From the NCBI GenBank assembly GCA_041690355.1, contig JAWLHK010000002.1, positions 62,001-126,000 of the forward strand: 64,000 bases of DNA, in the 5' to 3' direction. The number at the start of each line of letters is the position of its first letter. The stretch's first letter is position 1. Positions 54,477 through 64,000 of the stretch are shown piece after piece. Below the pieces are notes generated by a model that was not told where the DNA came from, searched no databases, and saw only the letters and a program-made list of their open reading frames with translations. The stretch is from a bacterium (lineage in GTDB: Bacteria > J088 > JAWLBW01). A program made the position numbers and the translations under genes.

Positions 54477-56552
54477 ATGGCCAAGCCCCGCGCTTTCCGT
54501 GCGCTTTTTCTTCTCCCGGCTCTGCTGGCCCTGACCGGCTGCCCGGCCGACGTGCCCGAAGAGACCGTCAATCCGGCGATCAAATCGTGGCAGAAGCACA
54601 TCGAGAACGGGAAAGAAGCGCTCACCAACTTCCAGGGCAAGCGCGCCCGTGACAACTTCGTTCAGGTCATCAACGACCCGTTCTTCCAGGCGCAGCCGAA
54701 GAACCGGCACTACTGCCAGGCGAGCTACGGCATCATGCTGGCCGACGGGCAGATGATGCTCTCGCAGATCAACTTCATCTTCAACCTGCTGCTCTCGGGG
54801 CAGTTCGGCCAGGCCCCCGGCGACCTGCGCATCCCCGCCGAGCTGCGGGCCGCGCTCGCCGCTGCGGGCGCCCCCGAACTTCCGGCGCAGAAGGCCGAAG
54901 TCGGCGAGCAGGACCTCATCGGCTTTCTCGACACCTACTGGACCTACTCCATCGAGCCGCACGCGCGCGAGATGGCTCACTACTCCGAGGCGGTCACGAC
55001 GTTCGCCGTCCCCGACTGCGCGTTCGCCATCGGCGTCGCCGACCCGGGCGCCGACCCGGCCACGCAGGAGAAGGAGGCCAAGTTTGCCTACGTGCTCAAC
55101 CTGGGCGACGACAAGATGCCGGTGCTGCAGGTCAGCTTCCAGGCCCGTTTCGACGGGGCCGAAGCGCGGGCCGTCAGCACGCTGTCGCGCACGCTGCTCG
55201 GCGGCTTCGACTTTCTGCTCGCCCACTCGGCGGCGCTGCGCATCAACGCCGTCAAGATCGGCTACATGCTGGGCATCCTGAATCCCGACTGCATCCAGAC
55301 GAACTTTCTCGACTGCTTCAACGGCGAGATGTCGCCCGAGCCGGTAAACATTCTCGACTGGGCGTTTCTTTTCCAGGACAACCCCAACCTGCTCGCCCGC
55401 AGCGGGCCGCGTTGGGACAAGCGCATCAACATGGTCGACGACGATCTGGCCAAAGGCTTCAAATCCCTGCGCACCTTCTTTGACGCCCTGGTCAGCCGCG
55501 CCGCCTACTATGCCGCGCAGCCGTCGCAGCGACCGCTGGACGAGTTCCTCATCAAATACACCGACCGCGACGCGAACGGCATCGTGAATCTGGGCGACGT
55601 GCTCGGCATCAACATCGGCGGGTTCAAGTGCAGCGTCGAGCTGTTTGTGGCCAAGGGCGGCCTGACGGAGGCGCAGATCAACAAGATGCGCGAGCAGTGC
55701 GCCAGCATCGAAGGGATGATCAACGCCGCCATTCCGCTCATCGACAAGCCGCTCGATCCGACGGAAGAGGTCGTCGAGTCGATCGTGACCTTTGCCGACC
55801 GCATGTATGACAACATGCGCGCCGTCGACAAGCCCGACTGGCCGTACGAGCGGATTCCGATCAATTCGTTCGACCCGGTCATCGAGAACTTTGCCATCCG
55901 CTTCATCGATTCGCCGACCCCGGCCTTTCTCGAGCTCGACCTCGCGGCGTACTTCACGAACCCGCAACCGCTCAACACGTTCATCCCGTACTGGAAGATC
56001 ATGACCACAGGGTTCACGGGAGCCCGGTTTCTCATGGACTCGGATGATTACTTCGTCGACGGGACAAACGCGACGCTGCCTGAGATCTTCTTCGAACCGA
56101 CCGCCCCCGGGTTCTACTTCGGCTCCGATTACCTCATCGGTCTGCGCGAGACTGACGTGCTTACCGAGCGGGCCCTGTTTACCGGTTCGTTCGACGGCGG
56201 CTGGCGCGGCGCAAACATCTCGGGGCTGAGCATTCCCGCAGACTGCACCAATGCCGGCGTGCTGCAGGGCACCCTGAGCCGCTCGGGCACGACCCGGACC
56301 TTCGGGATGCCGGTGTCGGCGTTTCTCCTTCCGGACCCGAGCCTGAACGGACTCGTCTACATCGACCTCGCCCCGCTGGAGAACGTCTACAATCTGGTTT
56401 CTTACGGAGCGACGAACTGCAGCGATCCGATCGGATTCGAGCCGGCGACGAACTACGCCCTGACCAAGGGGATGTGGCAATACGTCGACTTTCTCTGGGA
56501 GCACCTCGACGCGCTCGTCAAGCCGTTCCTGGAGGGGGTCATTTTTCCCTGA
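54477..56552 (+). CDS. Unknown lipoprotein, divergent paralogue C
   Basis: Lipobox LTGC; shares ordered motifs with A and B (HYC, DFLLAH, TDRDANGI, F..P..L...IPYW, DPSLNGL). Confidence 0.85.
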   Translation: MAKPRAFRALFLLPALLALTGCPADVPEETVNPAIKSWQKHIENGKEALTNFQGKRARDNFVQVINDPFFQAQPKNRHYCQASYGIMLADGQMMLSQINFIFNLLLSGQFGQAPGDLRIPAELRAALAAAGAPELPAQKAEVGEQDLIGFLDTYWTYSIEPHAREMAHYSEAVTTFAVPDCAFAIGVADPGADPATQEKEAKFAYVLNLGDDKMPVLQVSFQARFDGAEARAVSTLSRTLLGGFDFLLAHSAALRINAVKIGYMLGILNPDCIQTNFLDCFNGEMSPEPVNILDWAFLFQDNPNLLARSGPRWDKRINMVDDDLAKGFKSLRTFFDALVSRAAYYAAQPSQRPLDEFLIKYTDRDANGIVNLGDVLGINIGGFKCSVELFVAKGGLTEAQINKMREQCASIEGMINAAIPLIDKPLDPTEEVVESIVTFADRMYDNMRAVDKPDWPYERIPINSFDPVIENFAIRFIDSPTPAFLELDLAAYFTNPQPLNTFIPYWKIMTTGFTGARFLMDSDDYFVDGTNATLPEIFFEPTAPGFYFGSDYLIGLRETDVLTERALFTGSFDGGWRGANISGLSIPADCTNAGVLQGTLSRSGTTRTFGMPVSAFLLPDPSLNGLVYIDLAPLENVYNLVSYGATNCSDPIGFEPATNYALTKGMWQYVDFLWEHLDALVKPFLEGVIFP

Positions 56553-56576
56553 CGCTACGGGCGTCCGTGATTTCAG

Positions 56577-56598
56577 CGGGGGCTTCGGCCCCCGTTTT
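56577..56598 (+). terminator. Rho-independent terminator
   Basis: CGGGGG(G)C-ttcg-GCCCCCG followed by TTTT. Confidence 0.75.
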
Positions 56599-56705
56599 CA
56601 TTCAACGGACCTGTTCAGACGGGTCCGGGGGGATTAAGGTAGGGGTTTGAGGCGGGACGCAGTTTGCGCCGCCGGTTTTGTTGCTTCAGCGCTGAAGGTG
56701 TCCCC

Positions 56706-58061
56706 ATGTTCAGTCTCGACATGACGAATCTGCAGCCGTCGCTGGCGGCCTGGCGCGGCGACTGGCACGAACGGCTCGCCCGCGGCCACGAGGGGTTCCT
56801 GCGTTTCCGCCGCGAGCGCCTTTCGACGTTCCACGAGGCCATCGAGCCCGCCGGGCGCGCGCAGGTCGACGAGATTCTCGCGCAGGCCGGCGAGCTGCGG
56901 GCAGCGGGCTTCACGCACTACGTGAACCTCGGCATCGGCGGGTCGAGCCTCGGCGGCGAGGCGCTGCTGCGCGCGCTGCTGCACCCCTGGCAGAACGAGC
57001 TTCCGGTAGACTCGGGGTTTTCGCGCTACTACTTTCCCGACAACGTCGATCCCGAAACGAACGCGGGCCTGCTCGACATTCTTCCGGCCGAGCAGACCCT
57101 GTTTCACGTCGCGAGCAAATCCGGGTCCACCGCCGAGACCGCGGCGCAGCTGCAGATCTGCCTGCACTGGCTCGAAGCGCGCCTCGGCCGCGAGAAGGCC
57201 GCGCGCCATCTCGTCGTTTCGACCGATCCCGAGCAGGGCGACCTGCGGCGGCAGGTGCGCGACCGTGGGTTTCGCGCGGTGTCGATTCCCCCCGGGCTCG
57301 GCGGGCGGTTCAGCGTCTTCGGCTCGGTCGGCCTGCTCCCGCTTGCCCTCTTCGGACGCGACGTCGAGGCTTTTCTCGGGGGCGCGCGTGACGTGGCGGC
57401 GCGCTGCGAGCAACTCGAGAACAACCCGGCCCTCGAGCTCGCGGCCGCGCTGCACGCGCAGCATGTTCTCGGAAAGCGTAATGTGCTCGTTCTGTTTCTC
57501 TACAGTGATGCCCTGAGCTGGGTGGGCGACTGGTTCGGGCAGCTGTGGGCCGAAAGCCTGGGCAAGCGCGGTTGCGGCAGCACTCCGGTGCGGGCCGTCG
57601 GTGCCACCGACCAACACTCGCAGCTGCAGCTTTACATGGAGGGGCCCGACGACAAGACCGTGCTCTTTCTGCGCGCAGCCGGCTACCGTGCCCATGTCGA
57701 CATCCCCCGGAGCGAGCCGCGCTATGGCTCGACCGGCTATCTCATGGGGCACTCGCTGCGCGAACTGCTCGACGTGGAGTCGCTGGCCACCGAAAAGGCG
57801 CTCACCGACAACGGGCGCCCCAACGCGTCGTTGACGCTCGATGCGATCGATGAGCGTTCGCTCGGGGGGCTGCTCTACTTTCTTCAGCTCGTGACCGTAT
57901 ACGCCGGTGCGCTCTACGGGGTGAACCCGTTCGATCAGCCGGGGGTCGAGGCCGGCAAGCGCGCGACGTACGGCTGGTTCGGGCGCGAAGGCTTTGCCGA
58001 ACAGGGCGACGCCCTGCGCGCCTGGGCCGCGCGCGCGAAGTCCGTCGTGCGCCTGGGCTGA
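56706..58061 (+). CDS. pgi: Glucose-6-phosphate isomerase
   Basis: LGIGGSSLG, ASKSGST.ET, GGRFSV, QLWAESLGK, GATDQHSQLQL, NPFDQPGVEAGK. Confidence 0.96.
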   Translation: MFSLDMTNLQPSLAAWRGDWHERLARGHEGFLRFRRERLSTFHEAIEPAGRAQVDEILAQAGELRAAGFTHYVNLGIGGSSLGGEALLRALLHPWQNELPVDSGFSRYYFPDNVDPETNAGLLDILPAEQTLFHVASKSGSTAETAAQLQICLHWLEARLGREKAARHLVVSTDPEQGDLRRQVRDRGFRAVSIPPGLGGRFSVFGSVGLLPLALFGRDVEAFLGGARDVAARCEQLENNPALELAAALHAQHVLGKRNVLVLFLYSDALSWVGDWFGQLWAESLGKRGCGSTPVRAVGATDQHSQLQLYMEGPDDKTVLFLRAAGYRAHVDIPRSEPRYGSTGYLMGHSLRELLDVESLATEKALTDNGRPNASLTLDAIDERSLGGLLYFLQLVTVYAGALYGVNPFDQPGVEAGKRATYGWFGREGFAEQGDALRAWAARAKSVVRLG

Positions 58062-58087
58062 AATCGGCGGCCGGTTCCGGGTATGAT

Positions 58088-61021
58088 GTGACCGGCATGC
58101 GATTTCCCCGTTTCCGCCCGATTCCCGTCCCCATACACCAGTTCGCCAACCAGCTGGTGTTTCTGGCCGTGGGCAAGGTGTTTTACCGGCTTTCGGTCAC
58201 CTGGGTCGAGATCGGGCTCATTCTTCTCGTCTCGCTGCTCATCGAGCATACCCTGATCGCGTTGCGTGAACGGCGCGTGCCCGCGTTTTCGCCGGCGGCC
58301 ATGAGCACGGGCTTCAACCTGGCCTTCATGCTCGGAACGACGGCGTTTCCGATCTACGCAGTCGGCCTGGGGGTGGGCCTGGGGCAGAAGCACCTGGCCA
58401 AGTGGCGCTTCGGTGCGCACTTTCAGAACCCTTCGAACGTGGCCATCGTCGTCGCCCTGCTCGCCTTTCCCGACTATACCTACGTTACCTTTCTCGACTG
58501 GGGCAGGGCGGGGTGGCTGTCGCTGCTGATCCCCGCGCTCGGCATGCTGTTGCTGCAGCGTCTGCGGCTGAACGCGCTCCCCTTCGTCTTTCTGGGGGCG
58601 TGGGCCGTGCTGCAGCTGCTGTTCGTGACGCGCGATCTCGATACGCTTCTGCTGCACGCGAGCTCCATTGCCTTTCTTCTCTTCGCCTTCTTCATGGTGA
58701 CCGACCCGCGCACGCTTCCGGCGACGACCGGATTTCGCGCGGTCTACGCCTCGAGCGTCGCCCTGTTCGCGACCCTGCTTGCCGCAGTGCTCGGGCCGAA
58801 GGACGTGAACCTGTTTCTCGCGCTCTTTCTCGGCGGCCTGTTCGTACCCTTGTGGCGGCGCCTCGAGGCCGGCGTCCCGCGGCTGCGCACCCGGGCGCTG
58901 ACGGCCGCGACGGTCGGGCTCGCAGTGCTCACGATCGCCGCCTACCTCTCGCCGTGGAATCCGACCCGTAACGCACTGCGCTCCCTCGCCGAACTCGACG
59001 CGGGTCTCGGCCAGACGCTCCTGGCGCCGCTCGAAGACATTGCCGACGCCTTTCTGGACGAAGACGTCGAGCCGCACAGGCCGGCCCCGGTCACCGACGC
59101 CGTCCTGCTCTGGTCGGATGCGGATGCGGATGCATATCGGACTTCGTGGGGCTCGGGTTCGGTGGTGCGCCGGCCGCTCGCCCCGTCGGCGGTATCGGGG
59201 CCGGCCGGCGAACTGCGCTTTCTCGAACAGAGCCACCGCCTCCCGGCCTACCCGTCGACCATCACGGTCGCGACCCTGGGCGAAGAGTCACGCATGTTCG
59301 CGTCGCTGGCCGCCGGCGACGTGAATCACGACGGCTGGCTCGACGTCGCGCTCTTCAAACTCGATCAGGGCATGCGGCTCTGGATCAACGATCGGCAGGG
59401 GGGCTTCAGCGACGCCACCGGCTTGCTGTTCGACGGCGCGCCGCCGTTCAGCGTCGAGAGCGGCGTGCTGGCCGACTTGAACAACGACAGCTGGCTCGAT
59501 CTGCTGGTCATCCACTCGCCGTATTTCGGGCGGCATCCGGCGACCATCTGGTTCTTCGACCCGGTTCGCCGCCGCTTCGCGCCTTCGGGCCTGTCGCTTG
59601 CCGAGGCGACCCACTCGTCGGGCGGCATTGCCGTGCACGATCTGAATCAGGATCGCATTCCCGACTTCTATTTTTCCTTCGGGCTCGACTGGTACTCCGA
59701 AAAGGAGTTCGTGCAGTCCTACGATACGCGCCGCGACATGCTGTTCGTGAGCGGTCGCGGCCGGTCGGGTCCGGTGTGGAACGATCGGTTGTCGCGTTAC
59801 TTCGAGCCGGCGGTCGCGGGGCAGTCCTTCGTCGGGATGACGGCGCTCTTTTTCGATTACGATCAGGACGGCTTTGCCGACTTCCTGCTCGGGAACGACT
59901 TCGAGGACCCGAGCATCACCGCGCGCGGAACGCCGGATGGACGGTTCGCGCTGGTTCCGGCCGCGAGCCTCGAGAACAACACCATCAACAGCATGACCTA
60001 CATCCCCGTCGACTTCGACAACGATGGGGAATTCGAGCTGTGGGAGAACGGCATTGCCGAAGACTACACGGCCATTCGCCGCGCGCTCACGAAGGCGCCC
60101 GCCGACTCCGATCGCTCGCTGTTCAACCGCGAGATCGCGTGGCTCGAGCGGCAGAAGGAGTTCACGAAGCTCGACTGCGGGTCCGCGCGCCACCCGGTGG
60201 TGCGCTCCATCTGCTTTGACTGGCTGCACCTGAACGTGGCCAACATCCGGGGCGACCTCGAGCTGTGCAAGCGCATCGTCGCCGTCGGCACCCGCGTCGC
60301 CTGCCGCAACGTCGTGCAGCTTCCCAAGCAACCGGGCCGCGTACCGAGGCCCGACCGTTTCCGCTACGACGTCGAGGTCTTCCCCAAGCAGCTCAAGGAG
60401 AATGTGCTGCTCAAGCGTGACGGCGACGCGTGGAAGAATGTGCTCAAGGGGAACAAGGAGGCGCAGTTCACCGGTTTCACCTGGGCGGGCTATCCCTTCG
60501 ACGTCGATAACGACGGTCTGCAGGATCTCTATGTGACCACGGGCATGCTCATGCGCTCGAGCGACCCGAACCGCCTGCTGCTCAACCGCTCCGGCGACGG
60601 CACGATCGCCTTTACCGATGCCGCCCGGGCCTGGGGAGTCGACGCTTTGGACGAGTCGCGCGGCGCGATTCTCGCCGACTTCGACCGTGACGGCGACGGC
60701 GATCTGTTCCTCAACAACTTTCTCGCCGAGCCCGCGTATTACGAGAACCGCCACGGCGGCCGTTCGCTCGCCGTGGAGCTCCGATCGCGTACCGGCAATT
60801 ACTACGGGCTGGGCGCCACGGTGCGCCTCGTGACCCGAGGCGGCGTGCAGGTGCGCCCGATGATACTGGGCGGAATCTGGAACACCGGCCAGCCGCCCGT
60901 GGTACACTTCGGGCTGGCCGCCGGCGATGACCCCGAGCGGCTCGAAATCCGCTGGCCGTCAGGCGTACGCACGCGGCACGCCGAGGTCGAGGCCGGGTTC
61001 CACTACATCGTCTATGAGTGA
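58088..61021 (+). CDS. Fusion of an NQR2/RnfD-like (UnbU-like) membrane domain and an FG-GAP + ASPIC/UnbV (CRTAC1-like) domain
   Basis: N-terminal multi-TM region with H.QNPSN and FFMVTDPRT; repeated D.N.DG..D FG-GAP motifs; C-terminal N..GLGATVRL...VVHFGL...LEIRWPSG. Confidence 0.85.
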   Translation: MTGMRFPRFRPIPVPIHQFANQLVFLAVGKVFYRLSVTWVEIGLILLVSLLIEHTLIALRERRVPAFSPAAMSTGFNLAFMLGTTAFPIYAVGLGVGLGQKHLAKWRFGAHFQNPSNVAIVVALLAFPDYTYVTFLDWGRAGWLSLLIPALGMLLLQRLRLNALPFVFLGAWAVLQLLFVTRDLDTLLLHASSIAFLLFAFFMVTDPRTLPATTGFRAVYASSVALFATLLAAVLGPKDVNLFLALFLGGLFVPLWRRLEAGVPRLRTRALTAATVGLAVLTIAAYLSPWNPTRNALRSLAELDAGLGQTLLAPLEDIADAFLDEDVEPHRPAPVTDAVLLWSDADADAYRTSWGSGSVVRRPLAPSAVSGPAGELRFLEQSHRLPAYPSTITVATLGEESRMFASLAAGDVNHDGWLDVALFKLDQGMRLWINDRQGGFSDATGLLFDGAPPFSVESGVLADLNNDSWLDLLVIHSPYFGRHPATIWFFDPVRRRFAPSGLSLAEATHSSGGIAVHDLNQDRIPDFYFSFGLDWYSEKEFVQSYDTRRDMLFVSGRGRSGPVWNDRLSRYFEPAVAGQSFVGMTALFFDYDQDGFADFLLGNDFEDPSITARGTPDGRFALVPAASLENNTINSMTYIPVDFDNDGEFELWENGIAEDYTAIRRALTKAPADSDRSLFNREIAWLERQKEFTKLDCGSARHPVVRSICFDWLHLNVANIRGDLELCKRIVAVGTRVACRNVVQLPKQPGRVPRPDRFRYDVEVFPKQLKENVLLKRDGDAWKNVLKGNKEAQFTGFTWAGYPFDVDNDGLQDLYVTTGMLMRSSDPNRLLLNRSGDGTIAFTDAARAWGVDALDESRGAILADFDRDGDGDLFLNNFLAEPAYYENRHGGRSLAVELRSRTGNYYGLGATVRLVTRGGVQVRPMILGGIWNTGQPPVVHFGLAAGDDPERLEIRWPSGVRTRHAEVEAGFHYIVYE

Positions 61022-61036
61022 AGCGGTCTGCCGGAT

Positions 61037-62476
61037 TCAGCCCAGAAAGACGCTGCGGCGCTTCTTGAGCTGCTCGTAGATCTGCTCCTGAATCGTCGCC
61101 CGCACCTCAGACGTGATGCGGTTGATGAGCAGTTCGTCCTGCAGCGCGGCCGGGCCGTAGTGGCTGAGATCAATCGGCTTGCCGAAGTGAATGAACCACT
61201 TCGTGGGCAGGGGAATCAGCCCGAGCGGCCCGAGCAGCGGCAGCGTAGGCGTGATGGGGACGACCGGCGTCTTGAGCGGACGCGCCAGAAAGTCGGCGCG
61301 TGCGATGATCGGGTGAATTTCTTCGGCCCCCACGACGCTGACCGGAATGATCGGGGCGCCGGTGCGCAGGCAGAGCTTCACGAACCCGCCGCGCCCGAAC
61401 CGTTGCAGCTGGTACCGGTAGCGGTACAGCTTCGCGATCCCCTTGACCCCTTCGGGAAAGACCACGACCAGCTCGTCTTTCTCGAGAAGCCGCTGCGCGT
61501 TTTCCTGACAGGCGCGCACCCCGCCGATGCGGGCCATGAGGGCGCCCAGAAACGGCAGGTGGTAAACGAAGTCTTCGACCAGCGGACGCACTTCGCGATG
61601 GGCCGTATGGTGGGCCCGGATCGCGTGCTTGATCATCCCCCCGTCCCAGGGGAGCATGCCGCTGTGGTTGGCCACGAGCAGGGCGCGCCCGGCCGCCGGA
61701 ACGTTCTCGAGGCCCGAGGCGTCGACGCGCCACCAGGTGTTGTACATGAACTCGAACAGCGGCTGCACCAGCTCTTCGAACTTGGGGTCGAGGCCGAAGT
61801 CGTCGACGTTCATGGACCGGCCGAAGAGCTGAAAGTAGCGCCACGCCTGCGTCAGGCGCTTGATGAGCCCGGCCGAAGGCTCGGGCAGATCTGCCTTTTC
61901 GAGCTGCTGGAGCAGGTCGTCGATGCGCCGCAGGTGATCGGGAGAAAAATCGGGAACGGTCGCGGGGGCCGCCTGGCGCAGGCGGTTTTCGAGATCGCGC
62001 TGCATGCGCGCGAACGGCGCCTCGGCCGCCCGCGGTTTCGCGGCCGCACGGCGCGACGTAGCGGTTTGCGCCCGGGGCGCGTCGTCTTCTACGCCGGTCA
62101 CGAACAGGGGAACGGCAGGCGGCGGGGATACGGGGGCCTCGGGGCGCACCGCGCCGGTCGCCGCGCGCACAGCCTTTGCAGCCGGCTTACGTATCGCGGG
62201 CTTGCCGGGCTTTCCGGGCTTGACTGCCTTTCGTGCGGCCCTGGTCGTCTTCTTCGGGGCGGGCGCGGCGGCGGGCTCCGGCTTCGGCGCGGTTCGCGCG
62301 CGGGCGGTCTTGTCGGTGCGGCCTGACGACGTTTTGCGCTCGGTCGCGGCCTTTCGGGCAGCGTCGGCCCCCTGGATCGTGGGGTCGAGACTCAACAGCC
62401 GCATCGACGGGGTCGACGCGGTGCGCGCGAACGGATCATTGCCGAGGGCGGTACGGGCCGCCGACTTTTTCGCCAT
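61037..62476 (-). CDS. PlsC-family (lyso)phospholipid/glycerol acyltransferase with a long K/A/P-rich N-terminal extension
   Basis: DDFGLDP, LLVANHSG.LPWDG (HX5D-type), VFPEG.KG, FGRGGF, PIIPVSVVGAEE. Confidence 0.9.
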   Translation of the reverse strand: MAKKSAARTALGNDPFARTASTPSMRLLSLDPTIQGADAARKAATERKTSSGRTDKTARARTAPKPEPAAAPAPKKTTRAARKAVKPGKPGKPAIRKPAAKAVRAATGAVRPEAPVSPPPAVPLFVTGVEDDAPRAQTATSRRAAAKPRAAEAPFARMQRDLENRLRQAAPATVPDFSPDHLRRIDDLLQQLEKADLPEPSAGLIKRLTQAWRYFQLFGRSMNVDDFGLDPKFEELVQPLFEFMYNTWWRVDASGLENVPAAGRALLVANHSGMLPWDGGMIKHAIRAHHTAHREVRPLVEDFVYHLPFLGALMARIGGVRACQENAQRLLEKDELVVVFPEGVKGIAKLYRYRYQLQRFGRGGFVKLCLRTGAPIIPVSVVGAEEIHPIIARADFLARPLKTPVVPITPTLPLLGPLGLIPLPTKWFIHFGKPIDLSHYGPAALQDELLINRITSEVRATIQEQIYEQLKKRRSVFLG

Positions 62477-62535
62477 GCGTACATGCTAGCAAAGACGGTG
62501 CGTTTTCGCACAGGAATCTGTATGATATCCGCAGC

Positions 62536-64000
62536 ATGTACGCCCTCCCGCTCTCTCTTCACGTCGAGCCCGGTCTGGTCGGCGTGCGCCTGCTGGTCTG
62601 CCGCAAGGAGTGGTCGAACGGCGAGTTCGACGCCCGGCGGTTCGCCCTGCGCAGCGGCGATGTGGAATATGCCGCACTCTCGCTGCGGACGCCGCTCGAA
62701 CCCTGGGTTCCCCTGACGGTCCGGCTTGAATTTCCCGTCCCCCACGTCGGCGGCACGCTGGCGCTCAAGCACAACCGCGGCCTGCTCGCCCGGCCCGAAT
62801 GGTTTCCCCTGCACGCGGCGTCGACCGCGGTCGCCGACGAAGAGACGGCCGTGCGGGCGCTCGAGTCTGAGTGCGAGGCGGCCTGGCTGGCCCGCGCGGC
62901 GGAACTCGATGCCGAGTTCCGCCCCAACGCCTGGCGGCGCGGCGAAGGGCTGCTGAACGACGCGGTGCGCCTGGTCGAGCGCTACCTGCACGCACACGCC
63001 GGTGACGCCCGGGCCGCCGCGCTGCGCGAATGCCTCCGGCTCAAGAAGGGGCTCGTGCGCGCCCTCCGGGCCGGCGACTGGCTGCAGGCCGAACGGCTGA
63101 ACGACGCGATCCTCCGCCTTCAGCCTGACTGGCAGGGCCCGCGGCCCGATGCCGATCAGGCGCTCGATGATGCCGAACGGGCCCTGCGTGCGGGCCTGCT
63201 CGAAGTGGCCGAAGCGCGGCTTCGCGACGCTTACGCCGCCGGGGTGCGCCGGGCCGAGGCGGCCCTGCTGCTCGCCCGGATCCATGCGGCCTGGGGGCGC
63301 GACCGGGGCGCCGCAGCCGACTGGTACCTGCGCTATTTCGAAGAGGGCGGGGTGTGGGAAGGGGTCGCCGACGAGACCGCCTCCGTCATCGATTCCCTCG
63401 GCGACGCAGGCCACGCGGCCCGCGGGCGTCTGCTCACGCTTCTCGGCGAGCGACTCATCGACAGCCCCGGCGAGGCCGAGCTTATCGCGCTCGTGCACGA
63501 ACTGGCCGAGACGCAGTCGGCGGGCGGTTTCGACGTCACCGAAGACTTTCTCCTGCTCTGGGCGGGGTACGAGCGTTCCTTTGAACACCAGATTGCCGTC
63601 GACCGCCGGGTCGATCGGACGATCGTCGGCCGGCTCGAACGATTGCATGCCCGGCTGGGCAACACCGGCGACTGGATCCGCGTCCGCCGCCAGCTCGCCG
63701 ACTTCGAGCCGGCGCGCGAGAGCCATCGCGTCGAGCTTGCGCGGCTGCTGCGCACGGCCGGCCGGGCAGAAGCCGAAACCGCGGCCTGGATGGCCCTGGT
63801 TCTTTCCAGCCCGCTCGAGATCGCCTGGCTCGATGAACTGGCGTCGGCGGCCGCGCGCGCCGATCTCGAACGTCTTGCCCTGCGCGCCGGGGTGTTGGCC
63901 GCATGGCTGCGGGGGGCCGAGGGGCCCGAAGAGCCGCCGCCGTCGCGCTCGGTGCCCGTCCGTCTCGTCGTGCATCCGGAGATCCGGCCACTGCTTCCTG
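62536..64000 (+). CDS. Hypothetical helical/TPR-like protein (3'-truncated; absent from the ORF track)
   Basis: ATG at 62536 opens a frame (MYALPLSLHVEPGLVG...) with host-like codons; no stop seen before the window end. Confidence 0.7.
   Translation, partial: MYALPLSLHVEPGLVGVRLLVCRKEWSNGEFDARRFALRSGDVEYAALSLRTPLEPWVPLTVRLEFPVPHVGGTLALKHNRGLLARPEWFPLHAASTAVADEETAVRALESECEAAWLARAAELDAEFRPNAWRRGEGLLNDAVRLVERYLHAHAGDARAAALRECLRLKKGLVRALRAGDWLQAERLNDAILRLQPDWQGPRPDADQALDDAERALRAGLLEVAEARLRDAYAAGVRRAEAALLLARIHAAWGRDRGAAADWYLRYFEEGGVWEGVADETASVIDSLGDAGHAARGRLLTLLGERLIDSPGEAELIALVHELAETQSAGGFDVTEDFLLLWAGYERSFEHQIAVDRRVDRTIVGRLERLHARLGNTGDWIRVRRQLADFEPARESHRVELARLLRTAGRAEAETAAWMALVLSSPLEIAWLDELASAAARADLERLALRAGVLAAWLRGAEGPEEPPPSRSVPVRLVVHPEIRPLLP

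Noticed and set aside
58088-61021. Enediyne biosynthetic gene cluster
   Set aside because: No PKS, thioesterase or UnbL-like gene lies in the window; the flanks are pgi and an acyltransferase.

Overview
This is a high-GC, gene-dense chromosomal window, most consistent with a deltaproteobacterium or Myxococcota-like organism (inferred from PilT/PilB, delta-type GspLMN, MshEN proteins and a MYXO-CTERM-like tail). It runs: truncated pilT; a NarL-type regulator; a double-SNase lipoprotein; a clan CD protease; mutL-miaA-gspLMN; an HDAC with a GNAT-like partner; a UDG; TPR and LolA/LolB-fold lipoproteins; an opp/dpp ABC operon split by a stand-alone MshEN gene with a perfect CRP-type box; a CBS histidine kinase and receiver; and three tandem ~105-bp hairpin repeats. 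A phosphate/polyphosphate region follows: acid phosphatase, OprO/P porin, ppx, frameshifted sixA and a tandem pair of thymidylate-kinase-fold proteins, with the porin and the kinase pair sharing an upstream 11-bp-period direct repeat. Then come sthA, a PilB-like ATPase, a second acid phosphatase, redox genes, a lower-GC aromatic-catabolism islet bracketed by a dispersed repeat, an M20 peptidase, and three paralogous unknown lipoproteins (two with sigma54 promoters) with a low-GC lipoprotein gene inserted among them. The window ends with pgi, an RnfD/UnbU-ASPIC/UnbV fusion, an acyltransferase and a truncated TPR-like ORF. No rRNA, tRNA, CRISPR array, integrase or transposase was recognised. The best candidates for an undescribed system are the TMK-like pair in the polyphosphate context and the sigma54-linked lipoprotein paralogue array. 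All product calls come from motif recognition by eye, not database searches.
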